Source of the DNA: Camelus ferus
Taxonomy: Eukaryota
Assembly (NCBI RefSeq): GCF_009834535.1
Contig: NC_045699.1
Span: 9,858,001 to 9,922,000 of the forward strand
Direction of reading: 5' to 3'
Length of the DNA: 64,000 bases
Part shown: piece after piece, positions 16,031 through 33,793 of the stretch
How the letters are laid out: each line of letters opens with the position of its first letter
Numbering within the stretch: position 1 is the first letter of the stretch
Notes under the pieces: model-generated
Seen by the model: only the letters and a program-made list of their open reading frames with translations
The model's database searches: none
What the model was told of the DNA's origin: nothing
Translations under genes and position numbers: made by a program

Positions 16031-18019
16031 TATCCCCTTTCTATTTCCCTGACCCAGATTTATTTTCTATTTTACTTACTGCCATGTGACACACTATATG
16101 TTTTCCCCACTGGAATTATGCCATTGTAATGGGGGCTTTGTTTTATTTACTCCTGTCTCCAACGTGCCTCACATAAAGTAGATACTCAGTTAGTATGTGT
16201 TGGATGAATGGGGGTCTAAGTTTGTCTGTCTGTCTCTGTGAAGGATCAGAGGTGGGCTTTGTGTGCGTATGAGACAGCCTTTCCTCTTCACAGAAGGAGA
16301 GAGAGCAGATTCCAGTCAGGTTATTCCTTCCCCTCTGCCCTTCCCAGTCATAGCCCTCTGACCCAGACTCCAAAGGTGAGTTTTCTATGCTTGATTGATT
16401 CTTTTCTTTTGGGAGTAACTACCCAGGTCCTTGCCCCTCTCCACAGCCTGCAAAACGATCCCCAAACCCTCAAAACTAGAATTTCCACAAGCCAGTTCTT
16501 ACCTTTCCAAGAGGAATCTTACCTTCCACTCTCCAGGCACCTTCTCTGAGCAGCCAGGGAGGCTGTGTGGGGAAAGGGGAGCGAGCTGAGCACAGGAGTT
16601 GGCCCGGGAGAACATATACCACACAGAGCCATGGGGGCAGGGGCACCGGAACTGAAGGTGGTTGGATCACCAAGGCTTCTTGGTGGGGAGTGTCTAACTG
16701 GCTGTAAGACCCAAAATCTGAGCAGGTGGGCACTGGAGTGATCCGAGGGTGTAAGTAGGACTGAGCCTCAGTGTGGCCAGGGACAGGCCAAAAAGAACAG
16801 GGGCCTAGTGCTACAGTGAGAGCTGGGCTGGGGACAAGGGTGGAGGCTGGAGTCAGTGAGAGCAAGGGTGTGTCACCCACCATAATATCCTGGTAAGAAG
16901 AGCTGGCAGTCCAGACCAGGGCAAGCTGGGTCTGAGAGGAGCAGACTGACTGGGAGAGGGTGGGGGAGGAGGGAGGAGGCAAGTCACACCTGAAGGTCTG
17001 CCTCCTAGAGGAATCTTGGCCCTGAGACCAGTTTGCTTTACTGGGTATGAGAGAGGTCAGGGGAAGCTCCCTGGTGCTGAGTGCACCCATGCCAGGTGTC
17101 ACTCCTGCAGAGGCGTGTTCACTCACACACATTGGCATCACCTCCGGGTGACCCTTGTGTTTTTAATAGGTGATTCCCTTGGGCACTGGAAGCAACTGGG
17201 GAATGTGTGAGGGTGCCTAAGAGGGATGAGTCCAGGCTGCTAAGGAACAGCATCTCAGCATCTGGAGGATCAGTGGGGGTAGGGTGGGCCTGGAGCAGTT
17301 GGCTTAAGGGTTCTGGAGATACAGACTGGGGAGTCATGCAAACATGGGTGGAGGCTGTATGTGAAGATGGGCAAAATGCTGATCACTGTTGAAATGCACA
17401 AGGAGTTTCATTATACTACTCATTCTTCTTGTGCATATGTTTGAAAATTTCCATGATAGAACGTCAAAAGAGCTAAAAGCTGCGTGGCTTTGTGCCTGCA
17501 CGTGATGTCTGTACCCTGCTGCTGGCGTGGAATCAGCTCAGAGACCTCTGCGTATGTGAGGGCAAAAGTGAGTCCACCACCATGTTCGGGCATTGTGCAG
17601 ACTGCAGCGTGCATGCAGTTGGAGATGGCACCTGGGCAGGGCAGGGGGAGAAGCTTCTGTTCCGGTCCAAGCCCTCCACACTCACCCTGGCACCCTGCAG
17701 AGTGATTCCCCACAAGATCACAGCCTGTCTAGGCCGTCGGCGCTGTAGTGTAGGTGTAACCAAGTATGTGAGACAAGGCGGCTGTGTGCCCGAACTTGTG
17801 ACAGGGTGTGTTGGTGTGTGAACACGAACGTTTGTGTGTGGATGCCGGGCCCTGAGTACCGGGCGGGGGCGGGAGCGGGTGAGTGTCTGGTGAGGCTGGG
17901 AGGGGCCCTGGTCCGGAGTTCGGTGGTGATGGACTCCTCACTCTCCTTTGCACGAATCCCCGCCGCTCTCCAACGCCCTCTCCCCCCACCGAATCTGGCT
18001 GTAGGAGGGTGGGAGACAC

Positions 18020-18286
18020 CTGTTGGGGGGCTGGGAGAGGCAGAGCCCACCGGGGCCTCCCCTCCTGAGCCCCCGCCCGCCCTGCCCCGCTCGGGTCCCG
18101 CCCCCACGGCCGCCAGCAGCCGAGCAGCGAGTGAGCGCACGGCGGCCGGAGGAGCGCACGGCGGCAGGAGCGCACGGCGCGGGGACCCCGCACTGGGAAC
18201 TGAGCCGAGACAGGGGCCGCCCGAGAGGCGGGCGGAGCGCAGGGAGCGCCGTGGAGACGCCGGGGGCAGCGGGCCGCGCCAGGCTG
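18020..18286 (+). other. ARID3C: Probable upstream leader exon of ARID3C in a CpG island
   Basis: The CpG island ends in CTG|GTGAGT (donor 18287). A matching acceptor CTCCCCCACAG| at 19101 lies 72 nt before the ATG. The 5' end is unknown. Confidence 0.6.
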
Positions 18287-18399
18287 GTGAGTGTGGCCGC
18301 GGGGAGCCAGAGAGCCGGCGTGGAGACCCCGCCGTCCCTGTCCCAGTCCCGGCCTCTGCCGCCGGCATCCTCGGTTCCCGCTCCTCCTCGTTCTAGTCC

Positions 18400-19020
18400 T
18401 CTGCGTCTCTGTCCCGTCTCTCCGTCGGTTTTTCCCTCTCTCCTCATCTATTTACTGTCTCGCCTTGTCTCTTTCTAATTTTTCGTCTGTCTGTCTCCTG
18501 CTGCGTCGATCTTTCCCTGTCTCTCTCAACCCCCGTCTCACTATTTGTCTCTCTCTGACTGACTCTGTCTCTGTCACTCTCCTTGGACTGCCTGTCACTC
18601 AGGTCTTCTGTATTTATCCCTTGCTTCTCTATCTCTCCTCCCTTCCCAGTCTCTTTACCCAATATCTCTATCAATCTCTTCTCTCCGCATCTCTGTCTCT
18701 CCATTCGTGTCTCTGCCCGATATCTCTGTCTCCACCTTGGTCCCTCTTTCTCTCTCTCACCATCTTTCTGTCCCATCTCCATTTCTATCCCCAAATCTTC
18801 CTGCCATTGTCTCTCTCTCTGTCAGATCTCTGTCTCTCCTCCATCTCTCTCTGTTTCTTGGTCCTTGTTACCCCTCTTTGATCTGCTTAGTCGCTATCTG
18901 TCCTCAGTCAATGCTCATTTCTGTCTCTCTGGGTCTGGTCTCTGTCTCTCCTGCTCTTTTTACCTCTCTTTGCATCTCTGGGAAGAGATCTTTTTGCCTT
19001 TTTCCTTATGGCCCCGCTGC
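18400..19020. repeat. Pyrimidine-rich (TCTCTG/TC) low-complexity tract, ARID3C intron 1
   Basis: Dense TCTCTGTC/CTCT runs. Confidence 0.8.
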
Positions 19021-19173
19021 ACTTCCCTGAATGACCACCTCCCCTTGTGTTGGGGGTTGTAGGGGAGCAGGGCCCAACATCCATAATTCCCTCCCCCACA
19101 GGCAGCCCTTTCCTCAGGGCCCCGCCTGGTGCCAGCCCCCCCACCAGTGGGGGGACTGCGCCTGGAAGCTGTC

Positions 19174-22100
19174 ATGGAGGCCCTGCAGAGACAGCAGGCA
19201 GCCCGACTGGCCCAGGGGGTGGGGCCATTGGCACCTCCACGCCCACCGCCACCACCTCGGCCTTCCTTTCCCGGCTCTGGCTCCCGGACCCTGCAGGCCC
19301 CTGAGGGGGTCTTGGGGGAGGTCGGGGCTGAGGAAGAGGAGGACGCCCAAGAGGATGAGGACGGAGAGGAAGCCGGGGCAGAAGATGAGGTGGCTGAGGA
19401 GAGCCGTCCAGGGACCCGGGGCACTAGCTCACCTTCCAGCCAGCCCCCTGGACCTCACCCCCATGAGTGGACCTATGAGGAGCAATTCAAGCAGGTAGGA
19501 TCCTCTGATGGATGGTCAGGCCCTCCCCCTTCCTACTCTCTGGGCCCAACAAGGTGATCATTAGCCCACCCACCCACACCGGGCTCTGCAGGATGTAAAG
19601 ACAGAGACACAGAGACATGGTGAGAGATGGTGGGAAGACTGAAGGATAGACAGGGACAGGGAGGCAGAGACAGACACGCAGAGACACAGAAAGAAGTGCA
19701 CGGATACACACTGAGAGGTGCAGGAGACACCCAGAAACATGGAGGCCAACGGACTGGAGGAGGCGCTTGGTGAGGCTGGAAGGGAAAGTGGGAGGGGTGT
19801 AAGAGCCCTCAAGAATTCTGAGAGAGGGGGTCTGGAAACTGGGGATTCCATGCCAGCACTACCCCACTTTCTCACACATCAAGTCACAAGGTCATATTCC
19901 AGTGACCTGTGGGGGTGTCCTCGGCTACCTACTTCTGTCTTTGGAAGGAGAATGGAGGTTGCCACTCCTTTGGCAAGCCGATACCCACCTCCTCTCTTCC
20001 CTGTCACAGTCCCCTGTCCACATCCTCTCCCTGGCCTGAGCTCTGTGGGTGACAGTTCCCAGACTCTGATGGCCACAACAGCCGCAGTGTGCCTAAAGGG
20101 CCCTTGTACAACTGGGAATGACAAGATCTTACTCACAGGGCCTTAATTTGAGGTTCTTCCTCCCTGCGGAACCCATCTGGGTGTTATTCTAAGGCACTAC
20201 TTTAGGCTGTCATTAAGGTCTTACGCAAGGCTGTGATTCTAGGTGTACTATTCCAGTGGTGTTACTCGTAGGGTGTTGGTTTTGGGTATTTTCCAGAAGT
20301 GTTCGTCTGTGGTTAGTACCCCGTGGCATTAGTGTAAAACTGGGAATGTTACTCAGGGCTCTGTTACTCTGGAGATGTGGCTCTAGTGATTGTTTCTCCT
20401 GGGTAGAATTCTGGGGACTATTACTGGACAGTGTTTCTGTTATTTGCAGGTACCCTTCTAAGACTTAGGGCTCAGTTGCAGGAGTGTAGCTCTAAAGGTG
20501 GATTTCTGGGGTTTGTTACACATGGGTGTTTTTTTCACTCTGAGAGTTCTTACTGGGGGATGGAGTGTTACCTGCAGGTGTTACTCAGGGACTGTTACTC
20601 CGGGTAAAAGACTCTTACTTTAGGGATTGTCCCTCCTAGGGTTATTTGAGAGGTGATATCGGAAATAGGGCTCCAAGTGACTGAGAATGGCTGAGATGAC
20701 CCCTGGGCCTTTCAAGTCCTGTCCCTACAGGTCCTAGGTGGTACAGGGCCATTGCCTCTGTGGCAGCTTCTTTAGTGGGCAGGTCACTGTCCCTGGAAGG
20801 AGATCAGACCAGAATGTGGGCTGACGGGCCCCAGGTTTCAATCCAGGAGCTTTTCTGAGCATCCACTCTGTGAGAGATGGCTTTAAGGCATCTCTGCCTC
20901 TCATCCCCAGCCCTAGCACACAGATCCGTGAACAGCAGTAAGTCCTTGCAGGAATGAATGAGAGTGAAAGAGCGGCTCAGATATGTCTATGGGTTTCCTC
21001 AATGTGGAACACAGCTCCAGCCTGACTTCCTCTTGGGGGCTTTGGAAGGCTGGCAGAGCCTATATAGCTTTCTCTCTTCTCCTATTCCCCAGATGGGTGG
21101 TTTGAGCTGCCAGGGCACCACCTGCCAGCAGAGGGTCTCTGTGTGTATCAGGAAATAAAGTGCCCCTAACCTGCCCCCCGGGGAGAGAGCCCACTGCTCT
21201 CTTAGGAAGTCTACATTTCAGACCCCACTTACCCCTTCAGCTCCCCAGCTTTTTCAGGGTTTGGAGTCCAAGGGGTCCCAGAGGGAGGGGTAGCTGGGCT
21301 GGAAAATGACCTCAGTTTTTCCCCAGCTGTACGAGCTCGATGCAGATCCCAAGAGGAAAGAATTTCTGGATGACCTGTTTAGCTTCATGCAGAAGAGGGG
21401 TGAGTGGGTTGATGTAAGGGAAGGACCCCCACCTACCAGGCTTGAGGAAGGGAAACCCCAGGGTTTAGTCCTCAGTTTGGGTCCTCTCTGCAGAGGCCTG
21501 AGCTTGGCAGCACCTACCCTTGGGCCCTCAATAGCGTCTTTAACCTCTGACCCTGCCCCTCTTCTCCACCCAGGGATTAATTAGTAGCCAGCCCACTGGC
21601 AGGTTAATGAGTGTGGGATCAATTGGGAGGGTGGGAGGGGGAATTGGTGGGGGGCTGGCCTGGTGTTGGGGGGTACCCAGAATTGGGGGACTGGGAATGC
21701 CTTGGTCCTCTTCCCTGGCACTTTCTCCAGCCTTGTCTCTCCTCAGTTTCCCGTGCTTCAGGCAGGAAACACCCAATGTATTCTGCAGCAGGAAGAACTG
21801 GAATTAGACTGAAGGAAGGACTTCTCAAGGGGTAGGCAGGGACTGTGGAGGAGAAGGAATTCCTTTCCAGGAATCTCAGAGCTGGAAGAGAATGCAAGAA
21901 GGGTCTAGGAGGGGATCAGGGTGGGTGGCAGTCCATCACTTAGGCTTCTCCCCAGATTCATGGGTCCTAAGACTGACTCATTATCTCTCTCTACAAAGCT
22001 AATTAACTCACTCCGAGTGTGGCCTGATAAGCCGCTAATTAACTGGCTGCACTGCTCCCCCCTCCTTTAGTGCAGCTGCTGGCTAAAGTCCCTCAGGCCC

Positions 22101-25100
22101 CCACCCAGGCCCAGCACCCTTTTCGGGTCCCTTCCTAACCAGGGCCCTTCGGTGGACCTCCAGGTCCTTTTGCTCCCCAGGAAGGCCCATTCTGATCCCA
22201 ATGTCCCCTCCCTGCCCCTTCCTCCAGGTCTCCCCTACACTGGGGGGTGGGGTAGGGTGGTCAGAGCAGACCCCAGCTACCACCCTCCCCCCCCCACCTC
22301 CGCAAGCTCTGCTTTCCTCAGGTCCCTGCCTTCCTCTGCTCCCTGTGTGGGGGCGGGAGGGGGAGGGGGTCCCACGGGGCNNNNNNNNNNNNNNNNNNNN
22401 NNNNNNNNNNNNNNNNNNNNNNNNNNNNNNNNNNNNNNNNNNNNNNNNNNNNNNNNNNNNNNNNNNNNNNNNNNNNNNNNNNNNNNNNNNNNNNNNNNNN
22501 NNNNNNNNNNNNNNNNNNNNNNNNNNNNNNNNNNNNNAGAGTCTGCGAGCGGAGGTGGGGGCTGCTTCTCCCATCCACCAACCGCCGGCCTCTGGCAGCC
22601 ACCCCGGGGCCGCAGCTTAGGGGAGTTCGGCTCTTCGCTGTCAGGAAGTCCTTCCTATGGTCTACCCCAGGGGTCGGCAAACTAAATCCTGAAGGCCAAA
22701 TCTAACCGCCCACGAGAATAGTTTTCACATTTTTAAATAGTGGAAAAAATGAAAAGACAAATCACATTTCTGGACGTGTGAAAATCGAATTTCGGAGTCT
22801 GTAAACAAAGTTTTATTGGAACAGAGCTGCGCACATTCCTTTCAGTGTCCTCTATAGGTGCTTTCAGGCTGCAATGACAGTGGAGTATTTCTGACAGAGA
22901 CTGTTAGGTCTGCAAAGCCTAAAACATTTACCATCTATCCTGCCCTTTACAGAAGTTTGCCAGTCTCTGGTCTAGCCTCCCGTCCTTCCTGCTACAGTGG
23001 AGGTCTTGGGAGGTCTGTGGGCTCTGCCTGCAATCCTACCTCCCCATCCCTCCCGGTTCCCCTCCTTTCTCGAAGGTCCTGCCCTGTACGTAGGCCTCGT
23101 CCAGGGAGGTCCAGGTAGCCTGCAGTCCCTGAGGATGCCCGCAGACAGGGCCTTAGTCTTAGTGTCCTGACTCTCTGCCTACCCCCAACCAGGGACTCCA
23201 GTGAACCGTGTACCTATCATGGCGAAGCAGGTGCTGGACCTGTATGCGCTCTTTCGCCTGGTGACCGCCAAGGGCGGCCTGGTGGAAGTCATCAACCGCA
23301 AGGTGTGGCGGGAGGTCACGCGGGGCCTCAGCTTACCCACCACCATCACATCGGCCGCCTTCACTCTACGCACCCAGTGAGGCCAGGCGCGCGCGAGCGG
23401 TGGGGGCGAGGCGCGGAAGGGAGAGGGGCGCGAGGCGTGGAGGGCCCCGGGGATTGGTGTCCTTCGGGGTGTGGGGCTTGATCAGCTGGGTCCAGCCTCC
23501 CACCCCACCGCACCCCGTCTGCCCCTAGGTACATGAAGTACCTGTACCCGTACGAGTGTGAGACGCAGGCGCTCAGCTCCCCGGGGGAGCTCCAGGCCGC
23601 CATCGACAGCAACCGACGCGAGGGTCGCCGTCAGGCTTACACCACCGCCCCGCTTTTCGGCTTGGCGGGGCCGCCCCCTCGGGGCACTCCGGGCCCAGCT
23701 CGGGGTCCAGTTCCGGGTCCCGGCCCCGCCCCACCCGCGCCCACGCCCACGCCCACGCCCACGCCTGGGCTCCGCTCTGCTCAGGGCTCCGCCTCCGGCC
23801 TGCCGGTGCACGCCTGCGCGCAGCTGAGCCCCATCAAGAAAGGTGTGAGGGGAGAGGGGTCAGTGAAGCCTTGGGAGATCTGGGGTAGGGGTTACTGTGG
23901 TGTGGGGCTGAAGCTCAGGAAAAAGTCTTTTATCCAGAGCAGCTTCATTCCACACCTGTTCACCCAGGGCTTCTAACTGCATGTGGTTTTGCTTCCTGTT
24001 TCTCCTGGATTATTTAACAACCAAGGGCAAGGAAATTCCCCAAATTGTCTTGGACCAACCTAGTCAGATATATTGGCCTTTTGCGCTCTCCAGCTTCGGA
24101 GCCTCTACGCTGAGACTCTGGATGGAAGGGGACATTGAACTTGGTGCTTGAACTTCGGTGACCTCCCTTGGTCCCAGGCCTGTGGGGAGAACCAAATTCA
24201 GAGACAGAGTTGGTTGGGCCAGGGGAGCTAAATGACCTGTTCTTCCAGAGGAGAGTGGAATTCCAACCTCTCGACTGGCACTGCCTGTGGGCCTGGCCTT
24301 TGGACCTGCACGGGAGAAGGTGGCACCAGAGGAGCCCCCAGAGAAGAGGGCTGTGCTGATGGGGCCTGTGGACCCACCTCGACACAGTGCACCCCCCAGT
24401 TTCCTGCCCCGTGGCAAGGTTCCCCTAAGGGGTGAGGAAGGGCCTATTCTTGAGAGGGCTTAGGGCCGGTGCAATGGGAATACAGACCCATCACCTGATA
24501 GGCTCTGGAGGTGGGGCAGATAGACCCCTCAATAGACAACTGTATGATTACAGGTGGGCTGAAGTGGAATGGGGGCTGTCTATAGGGATGGAGGGGGGAG
24601 CTTGTAAGTCTGAAGTCTGATTCCCCAAAATTTGACTCCCCTGCCCCCTCCTGGACAGAAGAGCAGCTGGATGGGCCTCTCAGTCTGGCAGGCAGTGGTA
24701 TCAGCAGTATCAACATGGCCCTAGAGATCAACGGGGTGGTCTACACTGGTATGGGTACTGCAGGCTGTCTATATTGGCATGAAGTCAGGGGCATTTACAC
24801 TGGCATGGGGATTTTAGACTTTCTCTATTAGCATGAGGTTCAGGGGTATCCACACTTGCATGGGTAACATGGTGTTCAGGAGATTGCTATACTGGCATGG
24901 TTAAAGGGGGTGTCTACATGGCATGGGGTCCAAGGCATGACCTCTCTGGCATGGGTCCCATGGAACGTCTTGTCATGGGCCTATGTATCTTTGTAAATAT
25001 TTCTTGTTTACCTGTTCAAGGGTATCTGTATTGGCACTAGAGTCTCTGACTGACTCAGGGGCTTGTCCTTGTTGATTGTGGCAGGACTATGTGTGTGGTG

Positions 25101-25302
25101 TTCTAGCAATAAGGAAACTGACTTTTGTTTCCCTCTTCTGTTTCTTTGCCTCACATTTTCCTGCTTGCGTTTGCCCTCTTTGCCCCTCACCCCTTTGCCA
25201 GGTGTCCTCTTTGCCCGTCGCCAGCCTGTGCCAGCTTCTCAGGGCCCAACCAACCCTGCACCCCCACCCCCAACAGGGCCCCCTTCCAGCGTCTCACCCT
25301 GA
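19174..25302 (+). CDS. ARID3C: AT-rich interaction domain 3C (Brightlike), 421 aa, 7 coding exons
   Basis: Exons 19174-19494, 21327-21399, 23193-23376, 23529-23842, 24249-24431, 24659-24748, 25202-25302, total 1266 nt with consistent phases. MEALQRQQAARLAQG...; extended ARID WTYEEQFKQLYELDADPKRKEFLDDLFSFMQKRGTPVNR...; REKLES-beta INMALEINGVVYTGVLFAR. Confidence 0.96.
22668..22969 (+). mobile_element. MER58-type hAT-Charlie MITE in ARID3C intron
   Basis: Terminal inverted repeats CAGGGGTCGGCAAACT...AGTTTGCCAGTCTCTG with an 8-bp TSD GTCTACCC/GTCTAGCC. Confidence 0.88.
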
Positions 25303-25682
25303 GAGAGAAATTAAGAGTACCAGCCCCACTGCTGAGGGGGGAGGACACACCCCCTAACCCATTCTTCCAGGGTGCCCACTCTAGGATCCAGCCCTGGGAG
25401 GTGATCCCCCCAAATGCCATGTGGACTTAGAGCCAAAGAGATTTCTTTTGATGTTACATCTACCTCATTGAAAAGGGAGAGCACCCCTCCCTGGTCAACT
25501 CCAGCAGCATCTACGAAAGAATTCTGCCCCCAGTAACCCCCTCATCTCCTCATGTGCTCCTTCGTGTCAATGTCATCTCCAGGACCCCACCTCTTCGAGT
25601 CAGATCTGCTTCTCTTCAGGAGCCAGGTGAAGGGTTGGGTTTGGGTCTTGTGAAGGAGATGTCCCTCAGGTCACATCTGGAT

Positions 25683-25688
25683 AATAAA
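25683..25688 (+). terminator. Candidate ARID3C polyadenylation signal
   Basis: First AATAAA I found after the stop codon, ~380 nt downstream. Confidence 0.45.
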
Positions 25689-26204
25689 GCTGTGGTCACT
25701 CTCTCTCCAGTGCCTCCTCTCCTTGTTTCGGTCTGTGGGCTGGGGAGGAATTATGTGGTAATACACAGGATTGGGCCAGAAGTTCTCAGAGAGGAAGACA
25801 CTATAGCAAAGGTCCATAAGTAGGGGAGCTCAGTCTCATGAATCAGACTGCTTGAGTTCAAATCCCGATTCTGCCACTACAGTGTTGAGTGCCCTTAGGT
25901 ACGACACTTAATCTCTTGAAGCTTAGAAGACTCCAGAAGATTGTGGCATCTCACGGGGCCTCCTACTGGTCTATGGGAGTGGACCAGTCTTAAAATAATG
26001 GGTATATATATATATGCAACCTCGGGGAATGGGGTGGGGAAACCTCTTTGGTACTCTGGAATTAGATGTACAAAGGCAAAGGTTGCCTTGACCAGCAGGG
26101 TCTGGATGTTAGGGTGGGGCCTGACCGGTAGTCGTCGCCTAGGTTACCAGGTAGCTTTGGACACCTTTCTTCAGCTCTGCCGGCTACTTCAGAGTACCGA
26201 AGGG

Positions 26205-32102
<5,898 letters not shown>

Positions 32103-32285
32103 TGGCTGCTGCCCATCCCAGGGTGGGCCAGGGCCTTGTAACAGGGCAGAGCAGAGGCACTTCTGTATTTATTGGATTCACGACCTACATGTCTGCACTC
32201 AGGTAGAGCTCTGAGGTCAGAGGTCTGGCTACTTGAGATTTGCTATTTGCACCCCCTCCCCTCATCAGTGCCCTATTCCAGTGAC

Positions 32286-32291
32286 AATAAA
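32286..32291 (+). terminator. DCTN3 polyadenylation signal
   Basis: AATAAA ~185 nt after the stop. Confidence 0.75.
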
Positions 32292-33739
32292 CTGTGGAGA
32301 CCACTGAGGAGTGTGCCAGCTTCCTGGTCTAGGATGGGGATAGTGGTGGGAATGAGGGTGATGGAAGCGAGAGTTGTCTGCTTTCCTAGAGTTTGGACCA
32401 AGAGCTGTACTCATCCTAGTCTGGCTTTCTGGACGATGTAGAGCTCTCAGGATGAACGCTGTCATTTGCTTGATGTGAGTGGAACATTCGTTTATGTATC
32501 CATTCATCCCACATTTACCAAGTACACTCTGTCAGATGCCATGCCAGGTGGGGAGGACACAGGTAGAGTCCACCTGATCCCTGGCCTGTACGGGATAGCC
32601 AGGGAGACAGTCAAGGAAAAGGGAAGGGAACCAGGTGGCACCAGGGTTCTTTGGGGCACAGAAGAAAAAGGGATGTGGGCCGTAGCCCTGGAGGGTGACA
32701 TGCAGTGTCTTTGAGAGCCAAGGGAGCCCAGCATATGCAAAGTCAGAGAGGAGCTTGAAGTTTCTCTCTTGGGAGCTTACTTGGTGCTATTAACCAAGAA
32801 GGGAGCCTAGCAGAGGTTTGGATGCAGGGGGTATTTCGGGGTAGGGGTAGGGGTGGTGTGGTTGGAAAGGAGAGAGGGAGCATGTTAAAGAGCAGAGAAA
32901 CTGACTGGCATCTCACTCCACCAAGTGTTTGCTGCCCTCTTGTGGTCTCAGGGAGGGCTGTGGCTCCAAGACCTTTCCAACTGCCTGCCCGCCACCCCAC
33001 CGACACGGTCTCATTGGCATCTCAGATGCAGCTTATCTGAACCTGGGAGTTATCCTAGACTCTTCCCTCCTCCGTCCGAACAGTCGTCAAACCTACCTCC
33101 TGGTATCTTCCAACTTATTCTACTTTTCCCCATTCCCACTGCTATTTCTCTGGTTCATCCTTTCAACAAATGATGTGACAACCATTTGAGCGCCTATTAT
33201 ACGCGGGCAAGTCTCCGTGGACACGCCCCCAGGGACCTAGTGGCCAGGAGTCACCAGCAGTCACCAGTGGCTGCGGCTGGGCTCCCACCGCCGCGCCACA
33301 CCCTGCGCTGCAGCCAGAGCGAGCTGTGCACACGAACTGATTTGACTTGCGTCTGATGAAAACCACCCCCCCGCCGTGGTTCGCCAGTGCCCACAGGATG
33401 AGGTGGAAGCTCAGAACTCGCCCCCGCAGCAGCAGCCCCTCCAAACGGAACCTCTTGATCCTTCCCAAAGTGAAGCCCGCTGCTCCGCCTCTGCTCCTGC
33501 GGCCCGCCCTGTCATCTTCCAAAGGCCAAATCCTCCGCGTCCTTCGTACGCAGGACTCCCCAGACGGCCGCTCATCTCCTCCGCAGGGTTCTCTCCGCCC
33601 GGATAGGGGTGCTCCTTGCCGGGGCGAACGCGGGAGACCACCCTGCGCTTCGGCCCCGCGCGTCCCGGCTCGGCTCGCTCCCGGACGCCCCGGCCCCGCC
33701 GGCCCCGCCCCGCCGGCGTGCGCGGCCCCGGCGCGCTCC

Positions 33740-33793
33740 CGGCTCGCGCCATCTTGGCTTCAGATCGAGCTTGAGGAGTGCGTGGCCGCGGCG
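33740..33793 (+). other. RPP25L: RPP25L non-coding exon 1 and CpG-island promoter
   Basis: CpG island ~33230-34000, YY1-type CGCCATCTT at 33747-33755, donor GCG|GTGAGA at 33794. Candidate acceptor TTCCGTGCAG| at 34580. Confidence 0.65.

Larger units (their letters stand above)
13850..16210 (+). mobile_element. L2 LINE, fragmented by younger insertions (L1 plus SINE at 14071-14742, MLT1 at 15525-16030)
   Basis: L2 motifs CATGACTTTAAATGCCATCT / TGACTCCTAA...CTGAGCTCCAGA / CATCTCAAACTT / GGAGTCATCTTGGATACCTC, and an L2-type 3' tail ending ...GTTGGATGAATG at ~16205. Confidence 0.75.

Noticed and set aside
18291-19062. Long Ser/Leu/Cys-rich ORFs here and at 41810-42634
   Set aside because: Artefacts of TC-rich low-complexity DNA, which lacks stop codons.
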